64,000 bases of DNA from positions 23,393-87,392 of the forward strand of contig CAZRKH010000010.1 of assembly GCA_964600785.1 (NCBI GenBank), read 5' to 3'. Source of the stretch: an uncultured Chitinophagaceae bacterium. Its GTDB lineage: Bacteria > Planctomycetota > Planctomycetia > Pirellulales > UBA1268. The translations under genes were made by a program, and so were the position numbers. Shown one piece after another: positions 18,426 to 26,780 of the stretch; within the stretch, counting starts at the first letter, position 1; every line of letters begins with the position of its first letter. The notes beneath the pieces were generated by a model. That model was not told the DNA's origin and did no database searches. It saw only the letters and a list, made by a program, of their open reading frames with translations.

Positions 18426-19475
18426 ATGCCCCACACGCTTGCGGAACTCGCCGAACTTGTCGGTGGCACCGTGGTGGGCGAGCCGACGACGCGGTGTGAG
18501 GCCGCCGCGACGCTGGAGACCGCCGGCGGGAGCGACATCAGCCTCGTCGATGCCAAGGAGCGGCTGCACCTGCTCGCCAAGAGCCCGGCGGCGGCGGCGG
18601 TCGTGCCCCGGGGAACGGGCCCGCTCGAGAGGCCCACGATCGAGGTGGACGACGTGCATGTCGCCTTCACCAGAATCGTCGAGCGGTTTCGGCCACCGCG
18701 GTCGCTCGAGCCGGTCGGCATCAGCCCGCAGGCCACCATCGACCCGACCGCGAGGGTTGCCAAGGATGCCCAGATCCACGCCTGGGCGGTGATCGGGCCC
18801 GACGTGGAGATCGCCTCGGGGGTGGTGGTCCATTCCTCGGCGACGATCGCCGCTGGCTGCCGGATCGGTGCCGGCAGCGTGATCCATCCGTCGGTAACGC
18901 TCTATGAAAACACGGTCGTCGGGCAGGACGTGATCATCCACGCCGGTGCGGTGCTCGGCGGCCACGGGTTCGGCTACCGGGTGGTGGAGGGCCGCTTCGA
19001 GCTTTCCGCGCAGCTCGGCTGGGTCGAGATCGGCGATGCGGTGGAGATCGGGTCGGGCACCACCATCGATCGCGGCACCTACGGCCCGACCACGATCGGC
19101 GAGGGTACGAAGATCGACAACCTGGTGATGATCGCCCACAACTGCCGCATCGGCCGGCACAACATGATCTGTTCCCAGGTCGGCGTGGCCGGCAGCACCT
19201 CTACCGGCGACTGGGTGGTGATGGCCGGGCAGGTGGGGGTTCGCGATCATGTTCATATCGGCTCGGGTGCCGTGCTGGGGGCTCGCTCCGGCGTCTCCAA
19301 CGACGTGCCGGAGAAGACGACCGTCCTCGGCGAGCCGGCGATCGAACTCCGCGAGCGGAAGCTGCAGCTGGCCACGATGACGAAGCTTCCCGAGATGCGG
19401 AAGCAGCTCAAGCTGCTGCTGGAGCGGGTGGCGGCCCTCGAGGCGGCCGGCCGAGCCTCCGCGGAGGCGGCCTGA
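18426..19475 (+). CDS. lpxD: UDP-3-O-acylglucosamine N-acyltransferase
   Basis: MPHTLAELAELVGG... followed by left-handed beta-helix hexapeptide repeats (IDPTARVAKDAQIHAWAVIGPDVEIASGVVVHSSATIAAGCRIGAGSVIHPSVTLYENTVVG) and HNCRIGRHNMICSQVGVAGS. Confidence 0.9.
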   Translation: MPHTLAELAELVGGTVVGEPTTRCEAAATLETAGGSDISLVDAKERLHLLAKSPAAAAVVPRGTGPLERPTIEVDDVHVAFTRIVERFRPPRSLEPVGISPQATIDPTARVAKDAQIHAWAVIGPDVEIASGVVVHSSATIAAGCRIGAGSVIHPSVTLYENTVVGQDVIIHAGAVLGGHGFGYRVVEGRFELSAQLGWVEIGDAVEIGSGTTIDRGTYGPTTIGEGTKIDNLVMIAHNCRIGRHNMICSQVGVAGSTSTGDWVVMAGQVGVRDHVHIGSGAVLGARSGVSNDVPEKTTVLGEPAIELRERKLQLATMTKLPEMRKQLKLLLERVAALEAAGRASAEAA

Positions 19476-19486
19476 GAGTTTCTGCC

Positions 19487-20419
19487 ATGGAACACCCCGA
19501 CTCCGTCATGCTTCCCGAGCCTCGAAGCCTGGCCGGCGAGACGATCGGCATTCTTGCCGGCTGGGGCCGCTATCCCGTGGCCGTGGCCGAGGCGATCCGG
19601 CGACGGGGAGGTCGGGCGGCGATCGTGGCGGTCCGCGGCCATGTCAGCGAGTCGCTGCAGCAGCTCGCCGACGACTACGGTGAGGTGGGGGTGGCCGAGA
19701 TTGGCGGGGCGATCGCGGCTTTCCGTCGCTTCGGCTGCCGCCGGGCCACGATGGCCGGCAAGATTCACAAGTCGCGACTGTTCGCCCGCTGGGCCTGGCT
19801 GCGTCACCTTCCCGATTGGACGGGGCTGAAGACCTTCTGGCCCCACTTCGTCTCCCGACGCCGCGACAATCGCGACGACTCACTTCTCGGGGCGATCACC
19901 GATGCCTTCGATACCGGGGGCGTGCGGATGTGCCCGGCGACCGACTTCGCCCCTGAGCTGTTGGCCACCGGTGGCGTGCTCGTGGGCCGACCCCTCTCGT
20001 CGGGCGAGCGGGCTGACGTGGCCTTCGGCTGGCGGCTGGCGAAGGAACTCGGCCGGCATGACATCGGCCAGACGGTGGTCGTCAAGAACCGAGCCCCGAT
20101 CGCACTCGAGGCGATCGAGGGTACCGACGAGTGCATCCGCCGCGCCGGCCGGCTGTGTGGGTCTGGTGGACTGGTGGTGGTCAAGGTGGCCAAGCCGCAG
20201 CAGGATCTCCGCTTCGACATGCCGACCGTCGGCGTGGGCACACTGCAATCGCTGAGGGCCGCCGGGGCCACGGTGTTGGCGATCGAGGCTGGCCGCACGA
20301 TTCTCGTCGACGGTGACGACCTGGCCGCCTTTGCCGCTCGCAGCGGGATCACGGTCGTGAGCTGCTACGACGAGGCGGGAGCGGTCCTCGTGCCCGCCGC
20401 CTGCGATGAGGCTGCCTGA
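19487..20419 (+). CDS. lpxI: UDP-2,3-diacylglucosamine diphosphatase LpxI (DUF1009)
   Basis: GILAGWGRYPV..., DIGQTVVVKNRAPIALEAIEGTDECIRRAG and VVVKVAKPQQDLRFDMPTVGVGT match the LpxI signature blocks known from Caulobacter LpxI. Confidence 0.85.
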   Translation: MEHPDSVMLPEPRSLAGETIGILAGWGRYPVAVAEAIRRRGGRAAIVAVRGHVSESLQQLADDYGEVGVAEIGGAIAAFRRFGCRRATMAGKIHKSRLFARWAWLRHLPDWTGLKTFWPHFVSRRRDNRDDSLLGAITDAFDTGGVRMCPATDFAPELLATGGVLVGRPLSSGERADVAFGWRLAKELGRHDIGQTVVVKNRAPIALEAIEGTDECIRRAGRLCGSGGLVVVKVAKPQQDLRFDMPTVGVGTLQSLRAAGATVLAIEAGRTILVDGDDLAAFAARSGITVVSCYDEAGAVLVPAACDEAA

Positions 20420-20490
20420 GGGCCGGTGGAAAAAGCCCTCCCTGGCCCCCTGCCTGCTGACGCGGGGGGCCATCGGCGTATACTCGCGGG

Positions 20491-21324
20491 ATGGCTTTGC
20501 TCGACTTCTCCCCCCGCCGCGTTGCGAATCCTCAGGGGCCGGCCCGTTGGGTTGCCATGGTCTGCCTTGTGGCTGTTCTCGGCACGCTCGGCCGGGCCTG
20601 GATCACTCCGCTTGCCGCGGACGGGCCGGCGGTTTCCCGGCCGCTCGAGATCGACGCGGCGATCGATCGCTCACAGCCGATTCCGCCGCCGGCCGGCGAG
20701 CACATGGGCCGGAAGATCGCCCAGACCATGCACTACCGCGGGGCGCCGTGGCTGGTTCGTGAGAGCCGACAGCGGGAAGAAGACTGCCGGATGCTTCTGG
20801 AGGCGCTGGCGATCAAGCCGGGCCAGACGCTTTGCGACCTCGGCTGCGGCAACGGCTTCTATACCCTCGAACTGGCCTCGCGTGCCGGCGGCTCCGGCAC
20901 CGTCTATGCGGTCGACATCCAGCGGGAGATGCTCGAACTGCTCGTCGAGCGAGCCCGGGCGGCGGGCCTGGAAACGATCCGGCCGGTGCTCGGCACCGCG
21001 GTCGATCCGCGGCTGCCCGCGGGCGAGGTTGATCTCGTGCTGTGCGTCGATGTCTACCACGAGTTTTCACACCCGGAACTGATGCTCGCCAGAATTCGCG
21101 AGAGTCTCTCCGAGGAAGGCGTGATCGTCCTGGCCGAGTTTCGTGGGGAAGACCCGGCCGTGCCGATCAAGCCGCTGCACAAGATGACCAAGGCCCAGGT
21201 CCGCCGCGAACTCGAGGCGGCCGGGTTCCGCCTGGTGCGGGAATTCGACCGTCTGCCCTGGCAGCATCTGATGTTCTTCGGGAAGACCCCCGGCCGAGGG
21301 GGCCCGCATGATCCGCAGCATTGA
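20491..21324 (+). CDS. Class I SAM-dependent methyltransferase with N-terminal signal/anchor
   Basis: LCDLGCGNGFYTLELA motif I. VDLVLCVDVYHEF. Hydrophobic N-terminus WVAMVCLVAVLGTLG. Confidence 0.8.
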   Translation: MALLDFSPRRVANPQGPARWVAMVCLVAVLGTLGRAWITPLAADGPAVSRPLEIDAAIDRSQPIPPPAGEHMGRKIAQTMHYRGAPWLVRESRQREEDCRMLLEALAIKPGQTLCDLGCGNGFYTLELASRAGGSGTVYAVDIQREMLELLVERARAAGLETIRPVLGTAVDPRLPAGEVDLVLCVDVYHEFSHPELMLARIRESLSEEGVIVLAEFRGEDPAVPIKPLHKMTKAQVRRELEAAGFRLVREFDRLPWQHLMFFGKTPGRGGPHDPQH

Positions 21325-21620
21325 ACCGGCCTGCGGGGGTCAGGCAGGGTAGGGGAAACGGGCGAGGCCTCCTGCCAGGGGAATGATTTGGCCGGAAAAA
21401 TGCGGGATTTCTCGGGAAAAGTCCCGGTTCCGACTGCCCGCCGGGGCTGGAATGTAATTCGGTGAAACCGTGAATCTGAGCGAACTGATTTGTTGCAACG
21501 CTCCCCTCCCTGAGTCATACTGCACACCCGGGGCGAGGCAGAAGGAGACGATGGTAGGCGGTCATTTTCTCGGTTCATGCCGAGTCGCCATCACAGGATC
21601 AACCGCAGCGAGACGCAACA

Positions 21621-22664
21621 GTGCCACTCACAACGTCGAGTTATCCGACGGCCGCCGCCGCCAGCAAGAAACCCCAGGGGGGTTCGCTCGATCCGGTCGT
21701 GCGCGAGGCTGTCCCCGGCATGCCGCGGACCGATGGAGCCGTTGACGAGCCCAACTGGGTGCTCGGTGACAATCCGACCATGCGGCGGATTGCGAAGTCG
21801 ATCGAGCGTGCCGCGGCGGTCGAATGCACGGTGTTGATCTGCGGAGAGACCGGCACCGGCAAGGAACTCTGGGCCAGGCTGCTGCACCGCAGCGGTCCGC
21901 GGGCCGGTCAGGCCTTCGTGCCGGTCAACTGCGCCGCCCTCACTCCGTCGCTCGCCGAAAGTCAGCTCTTCGGGCATGAGAAGGGTGCCTTCACCGGTGC
22001 AGCCGGCCGAGCGCTTGGCATTTTTCGTGCTGCCGCGGACGGCGTCGTCTTCCTCGATGAGATCGGGGAGATGCCCTTGGAGCTGCAGGCAAAACTGCTG
22101 CGTCTCCTGCAGCAGCGGGAAGTGATGCCGGTGGGGGCCACCGAGCCGGTCACCGTTGACGTGCAGATTGTCGCCGCCACCAATCGCAACCTCGAAGAAG
22201 AGGTCGAGAAGGGCACCTTCCGGGAGGATCTCTACTACCGGCTGAACATGATCGAGTTGAAGGTTCCGGCCCTGCGAGAGCGGGCCGACGACATCCCGGA
22301 GTTCATCTCCTTCTTCTCGAGGCAGTGCGCCGCCCGCTACAGGATGCCGGTCTGGGAGCCCTCGCCGCAGGCTCTGGAGGCCTTCTGCAACTTTGGCTGG
22401 CCGGGCAACGTGCGGCAGCTTGCCCACGTGATCGAGCAGGCCTATGTCCTCGAGATCGAGCCGCGGGTTCCCGTCGTTGAGCGGTCTGAGAGTCCCAAGG
22501 TTGATGACTCGCGTGTGCCCTGTCTCGAGCTTTCCAAGCTGAGGAGCATGGCGATCAGGCAGGCGCTCGAGGCGACCCGTGGCCACAAGGCGAAGGCAGC
22601 CAAACTGCTTGGTGTGCATGCCAACACGCTCACTCGGATGCTCCGCGAGCACGACCTCGACTGA
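21621..22664 (+). CDS. Sigma-54-dependent transcriptional activator (AAA+ core plus Fis-type HTH, no sensory domain)
   Basis: Walker A GETGTGKE. GAFTGA loop (HEKGAFTGAAG). Walker B VVFLDEIG. WPGNVRQL. C-terminal HTH KAAKLLGVHANTLTRMLRE. Only about 45 aa precede the AAA+ core. The start (GTG 21621 or ATG 21720) is uncertain. Confidence 0.85.
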   Translation: MPLTTSSYPTAAAASKKPQGGSLDPVVREAVPGMPRTDGAVDEPNWVLGDNPTMRRIAKSIERAAAVECTVLICGETGTGKELWARLLHRSGPRAGQAFVPVNCAALTPSLAESQLFGHEKGAFTGAAGRALGIFRAAADGVVFLDEIGEMPLELQAKLLRLLQQREVMPVGATEPVTVDVQIVAATNRNLEEEVEKGTFREDLYYRLNMIELKVPALRERADDIPEFISFFSRQCAARYRMPVWEPSPQALEAFCNFGWPGNVRQLAHVIEQAYVLEIEPRVPVVERSESPKVDDSRVPCLELSKLRSMAIRQALEATRGHKAKAAKLLGVHANTLTRMLREHDLD

Positions 22665-22761
22665 GCCTGCCGGCCTGCTGGTTGGCCCTGAAGGTTGCTC
22701 CTTCCGGTCGCTTGAAGATCTTTGGCGGCGGTTGAGCCATCGCATGCTCGCCGCAACCGCC

Positions 22762-24003
22762 TCAGTAGGCGAGGCCGAGCCGGAACATGAAGGTGTCGTT
22801 GAGGTCCACGTACTGCGGTGGACCGTCGACGTAGTAGAGCTGCCGATAGAAGACGTAGCCGATCTCGAAGTTGCCGGCGAAGCCGGTTGGTGTCAGGGGC
22901 ACCCATTCGGTTCCCAGCGTCACGCGGATGTCGTTGTAGTCGAAGGGCGTGATCTGCTGGTAACGGCTCGTGTCGCGGCGGAAGGTCCAGGCCCCGCCGC
23001 CGTACTCCCCGGCCAGATACCACCAGATCGAATGCCGGCCGGCATTCATGATCCGGTGGGCCGCCCGCGGGGCGGGAAAGAAAAAGTCGTAGCGGGAGTC
23101 GGCGTTGGGAGTCCAGGTGAGCCCGACAGCCGGCAGGATCTTGACGAGGTTTCGGTCGAGATAGACGACGCCCAGCTTGCCCTGCATGGTGGGCGTGAGA
23201 TTGATCGTGCCGATCCCGCGGCCCATGATTCGCCAGCTGTCGGTGACGAATACATTCCAGTTGGTGAAGACACCCACGCGGACGCCCAGTTCCGCCCCAA
23301 ACAGCGGTGTGAACTGCGGATTCCAGGCGGTGTCGATGAAGGCGTCGTAGGTGTTGGGGGGCAGGTCGGCAAAGAAGGTCGAGGTCGTCTGCGGCCCCTG
23401 CCAGAGCTGCAGGCCGAAGCCGGGGGTGACCAGCAGCGGGGCACGGTTGAGATTGGCCGGCGAGTTCGCGAAGAACGGAATCGCGAAGGTGGCGGTGGTG
23501 TCGAGTTCGTTGATGCCCACGCTCGTGCCCTGGCCGTTGCCGGCGATGTAGGCCCAGCTCCCGCGAACGCCCTGGAAGAGTCGCATCGTCTGCTGAAAGG
23601 TGGAGTTTTGCTGGGGATAGCCCTGCGGGAAGAGGTATTGGTTGCCCGCGGTGCCCTGGGTGGGAACGAGGTTGGGCTGGGTTGTGGAATAGCCTGGGTA
23701 GCCGGGCTGGCCGCCGATCGCCGAACTTGCCGCCGGCTGTGTGAGGATCGGGCCGTTGCCCTGGACCATCGGCGGTGGCATCTGCGTGGCCTGCGGCGCG
23801 AAGGGATCCCACGATGGCGGTGGAGGGACCGGCGTGCCATAGGGGCCGGGTGCCTGGGCCAGCCGGTCGAGCGACGAAGCCGCCGGAGGCGGGAGCGACG
23901 CGGTCTGGCCGAAAGTCTCGACGGAGGCAAGTATCGTCGAGACGGCCACGATCAGCCGCAGTCTGTTCCGGAGGGAGCCACCGGAGTCGCCAATGGTGGG
24001 CAT
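22762..24003 (-). CDS. Putative outer-membrane beta-barrel protein with Pro/Gln-rich N-terminal region
   Basis: Start moved to ATG 24003 (MPTIGDSGGSLRNRLRLIVAVSTILASVETFGQ signal). Alternating beta-strand-like sequence. C-terminal FMFRLGLAY ends in an aromatic residue. Confidence 0.65.
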   Translation of the reverse strand: MPTIGDSGGSLRNRLRLIVAVSTILASVETFGQTASLPPPAASSLDRLAQAPGPYGTPVPPPPSWDPFAPQATQMPPPMVQGNGPILTQPAASSAIGGQPGYPGYSTTQPNLVPTQGTAGNQYLFPQGYPQQNSTFQQTMRLFQGVRGSWAYIAGNGQGTSVGINELDTTATFAIPFFANSPANLNRAPLLVTPGFGLQLWQGPQTTSTFFADLPPNTYDAFIDTAWNPQFTPLFGAELGVRVGVFTNWNVFVTDSWRIMGRGIGTINLTPTMQGKLGVVYLDRNLVKILPAVGLTWTPNADSRYDFFFPAPRAAHRIMNAGRHSIWWYLAGEYGGGAWTFRRDTSRYQQITPFDYNDIRVTLGTEWVPLTPTGFAGNFEIGYVFYRQLYYVDGPPQYVDLNDTFMFRLGLAY

Positions 24004-24200
24004 CTTTCGCACGCGGCTCTCGCGGAGGCTATGCTTCGAAAAGCGAGATTCGGGAGCGGTCAGAGGGAGCCGTAGGCTCCGCAGGTGGCAGACCGACTCC
24101 CGAAACGCGGGAAGTACCGCGCGGCCGAGGCGGCGGTCAAGGTCGCCGGGCGAGTTCCCGCCCCCGCCCTCGCCGCCTGCCCACTCAGCCTGCCTTGCCC

Positions 24201-25028
24201 ATGCCATCGGTCCAGCCGGATGCCCGAGACGCGGATGCAATCGATCCCGGGGCAATCCGACGCCTGGCCGATCTGGCGACGGTGGAGCATCTTGCAAAGA
24301 TCGGGTCGACCATGGACCGCGGCCGGGAACTGGCCGGTGCCGCGGCTGACCGTCTGCCGGCGTTGGTGGTGGCCGACCGTCAGACCGCCGGCCGTGGCCG
24401 GCAGGGGTCTGGCTGGTGGCAGGCCGAGGGAAGCCTGGCGATGAGCCTCGTGATCGATCCGGTGGCGATGGGTCTCCCGGCGGCGGAGTCGTGTTGGTCG
24501 CTCGCCTGCGGTATCGCGGTGGCCGAATCGCTCGAACGGCTCGAGCCGTCGATCGCTCCCCGCCTTCGTTGGCCCAACGACATCGAGGTCGATCGACGCA
24601 AACTCGCGGGAATCCTCACGGAGCGAATGCCCGGTGGCCGCGTCGTGTTTGGCCTGGGTCTCAATACCGCAAGTCGCAGTGCCCTCGCACCGCCGCCGCT
24701 GCAGTCGCGGGTCGTGACGGTGCCCGATCTCGTCGGCCACGCGCTCCCGCGGCAGCGGCTGCTCGAGCAGTTTCCGCCGCGGCTCTTCGCGATCCTCGCC
24801 GAAATCGCCACCGACCCGCCGATCCTGGTGGATCGCTATCAGCCGAGATGCGGACTCACCGGCACGCGGGTGCGGGTCTACCAGGGCCGGCGGGTGATCG
24901 AAGGGGAATGCCTCGGCATCGATGCGGCGGGAAGTCTCGTCGTCGCCACGGCTTCGGGCCGCGTGGCCTGCCACAGCGGCAGTCTCACCCGCCCCTCCGA
25001 GAAATGGCCCGCCGAGCCACCACGCTGA
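24201..25028 (+). CDS. birA: Biotin--[acetyl-CoA-carboxylase] ligase
   Basis: VVADRQTAGRGRQGSGWWQAEGSLAMS (GRGRxGRxW motif) and LRWPNDIEVDRRKLAGIL. No N-terminal HTH domain is apparent, so this is a class I type. Confidence 0.8.
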   Translation: MPSVQPDARDADAIDPGAIRRLADLATVEHLAKIGSTMDRGRELAGAAADRLPALVVADRQTAGRGRQGSGWWQAEGSLAMSLVIDPVAMGLPAAESCWSLACGIAVAESLERLEPSIAPRLRWPNDIEVDRRKLAGILTERMPGGRVVFGLGLNTASRSALAPPPLQSRVVTVPDLVGHALPRQRLLEQFPPRLFAILAEIATDPPILVDRYQPRCGLTGTRVRVYQGRRVIEGECLGIDAAGSLVVATASGRVACHSGSLTRPSEKWPAEPPR

Positions 25029-26070
25029 TCTCGCGAGCGGAACTCGAGAGCTGTCTCGCCTGCGGCTGGTAGCCCCAGCTCTCAAAGGCTGCCAGCCATG
25101 CAGGCAGCTCTGCCGCCCGGTTCCAGTCGGGAAGTTTGAGCGTGATGATCAGGCCATCGGGCCGCACGTCGCCGGGGCCGAGGAACCGCTCGAGGGCCGC
25201 GATGGTGCTGGTCGGGTCGATATTCATGTCGGCCAGGAGCCAGTCAAAACCCCGCAGGGCGCGTCTCCGCAGGTCGCGGGCCCGCATCCTCCAGTGCTCG
25301 AAGCGTGGCTCGGCCACTAGCCGTGGATCGACCGCCGCCGGGTCGACGCCCCGCACCTGCAGGCCGGCCTCGAGGAGCCGCTGGCAGGCGCCGCCGGGCG
25401 CGGCGCCGAGTTCGCAGGCCCGTTCGCCCGCAGCCAGCCGCAGTCCCGCCGCCGCGATCGCCTCATCGAGCTTCAGCCAGGCCCGCGAGATCGCGCCGGC
25501 GGGAAGCAAGCGAGGATAGATGCCACCGGGCCAACAACTCACCGGACTCACCGCGCGATGCCATCCGACCCAGGCCCGCTCAGGCGAGTCGAGCAGGCAG
25601 TCGAGCACCAGCTCACCAGGACTCGCGATGCCCCCGGAGGCGAGAGGCCCGAGCGAATTGCGGCGGTCATCCTCGCTGATTCCCAGCCGCCGCTCGATTG
25701 CCGCGGAGACGTCCCCGGCTGGCGGCATCGGGGCGCCCCGAGTGGTAGGCAGGCGATGCCAGACATGCACCGCCTGCCAGGAGCGGCTCTCGCCACGGGC
25801 GACTGCCGCTTCGGCGAGGGCGTCGACATCGTCGGCCCGCACCTGGCCAAGCGAGTGGGCCACGACGCGTGCGAAGACAAGATCAGCGAGCAAATCCTCC
25901 GGAGGCCTGAAGCCTTCCGGCAGACGGAAGCTGACCGCGCCGCGTCGCCAGGCCGCCCGTGAGGAGCCGGGGATCAGCTGCAACACGCGGGCGGCGACCG
26001 CCGCCTCGGCACCGCCCTGGCAGGCGGTAAGCAGGAAGCCGCCGGCAGCACCCTCCCCTGGCCGGTTCAT
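24985..26070 (-). CDS. rlmM: RlmM-like 23S rRNA 2'-O-ribose methyltransferase (FtsJ-like fold)
   Basis: ELGAAPGGACQRLLEAGLQVRGVD (SAM motif). WLLADMNIDP...IITLKLPDW...PQARQLSSSAREISVVARR parallels the E. coli RlmM C-terminal blocks (CDM..KP, FNLKLP, QARQLYHDREEVTV). ATG at 26070. Confidence 0.7.
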   Translation of the reverse strand: MNRPGEGAAGGFLLTACQGGAEAAVAARVLQLIPGSSRAAWRRGAVSFRLPEGFRPPEDLLADLVFARVVAHSLGQVRADDVDALAEAAVARGESRSWQAVHVWHRLPTTRGAPMPPAGDVSAAIERRLGISEDDRRNSLGPLASGGIASPGELVLDCLLDSPERAWVGWHRAVSPVSCWPGGIYPRLLPAGAISRAWLKLDEAIAAAGLRLAAGERACELGAAPGGACQRLLEAGLQVRGVDPAAVDPRLVAEPRFEHWRMRARDLRRRALRGFDWLLADMNIDPTSTIAALERFLGPGDVRPDGLIITLKLPDWNRAAELPAWLAAFESWGYQPQARQLSSSAREISVVARRAISRRGG

Positions 26071-26071
26071 C

Positions 26072-26114
26072 AAAAAATTAGGCCGGCCCGGGCGCCCAAG
26101 GGCCCGGGCCGGCC
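26072..26114 (-). terminator. Rho-independent terminator-like hairpin downstream of the micro-ORF
   Basis: On the minus strand, GGCCGGCCCGGGC-loop-GCCCGGGCCGGCC forms a 13-bp GC stem (26081-26114) followed by TAATTTTTT. The T-run abuts the rlmM-like ATG. Confidence 0.6.
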
Positions 26115-26218
26115 TTTCTCGTCTGAACGCGCGAGGGCGTCAGGCCAGAGCCGCACGCGACTCAGGCTCGACGACCCTGCCAGGCGGACCCCGCAGGGAC
26201 GCCTGGCTTGTCGCAGGC

Positions 26219-26296
26219 CTAGCGCTTGGCCTTCTTCTTCTTGGCGACCTTCTTCTTGGCGACCTTCTTCTTGGCCGCCTTCTTCTTCTTCGCCAT
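26219..26296 (-). CDS. 25-aa poly-Lys/Ala micro-protein (hypothetical)
   Basis: Below the ORF-track cutoff. ATG GCG AAG AAG ... CGC TAG translates to MAKKKKAAKKKVAKKKVAKKKKAKR. AAGGAG lies 8 nt upstream of the ATG. A terminator-like hairpin lies about 105 nt downstream. Confidence 0.5.
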   Translation of the reverse strand: MAKKKKAAKKKVAKKKVAKKKKAKR

Positions 26297-26409
26297 GAAA
26301 ATGGCTCCTTGCCATGAGCACCCATTCTTTCAACACACGACCGAACCCCCATGGGCGCTCGAAAACAGGGGTCGGACGACGTTTTGGTTGCGGCCGCAGC
26401 CGCGGTGAA

Positions 26410-26613
26410 TCAGGTCTCGCCTCCCTGGTGCGGACCGACACCGAGGGCCGCGAGCGGCTCCCCACGCCTCGCCCGCTCGGCCTGTCGTTGTCCCCGGTCG
26501 GATCCGGCTCCGCGGCCCGGTGTCCTCCCGGTCGCCGCGTCGAAGTCGATGACCACGTTGCACTCATTCAGCACCCGCGCCGGCTGCACTCGAATTCGTT
26601 CGAATGCGTCCAT
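26410..26613 (-). CDS. Hypothetical 67-aa protein (weak call)
   Basis: MDAFERIRVQPARVLNECNVVIDFDAATG... The third codon positions are mostly G/C, but there is no recognisable family and the C-terminal half is low complexity. Confidence 0.25.
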   Translation of the reverse strand: MDAFERIRVQPARVLNECNVVIDFDAATGRTPGRGAGSDRGQRQAERARRGEPLAALGVGPHQGGET

Positions 26614-26780
26614 CGAAAGCGTGAAACCACGACCTCGATGAACGGCACGCAAGCGTGACGAACGATGTTGTGATTGATCGCGACGAAAACTGTCAAGAGT
26701 GGATCGGTGATGCGAATCCAAAAAATTCGACCGGCCACCGACACGGATCGGGTCGGCGACAGGTCATGATCGGCGGCCGA

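Noticed and set aside
26226-26408. Plus-strand ORF MAFFFLATFFLATFFLAAFFFFAMK...
   Set aside because: It is the mirror image of the poly-Lys micro-ORF (AAG read as CTT/TTC). It has a TTG start with no SD sequence, and the minus-strand reading has both an SD sequence and a terminator.
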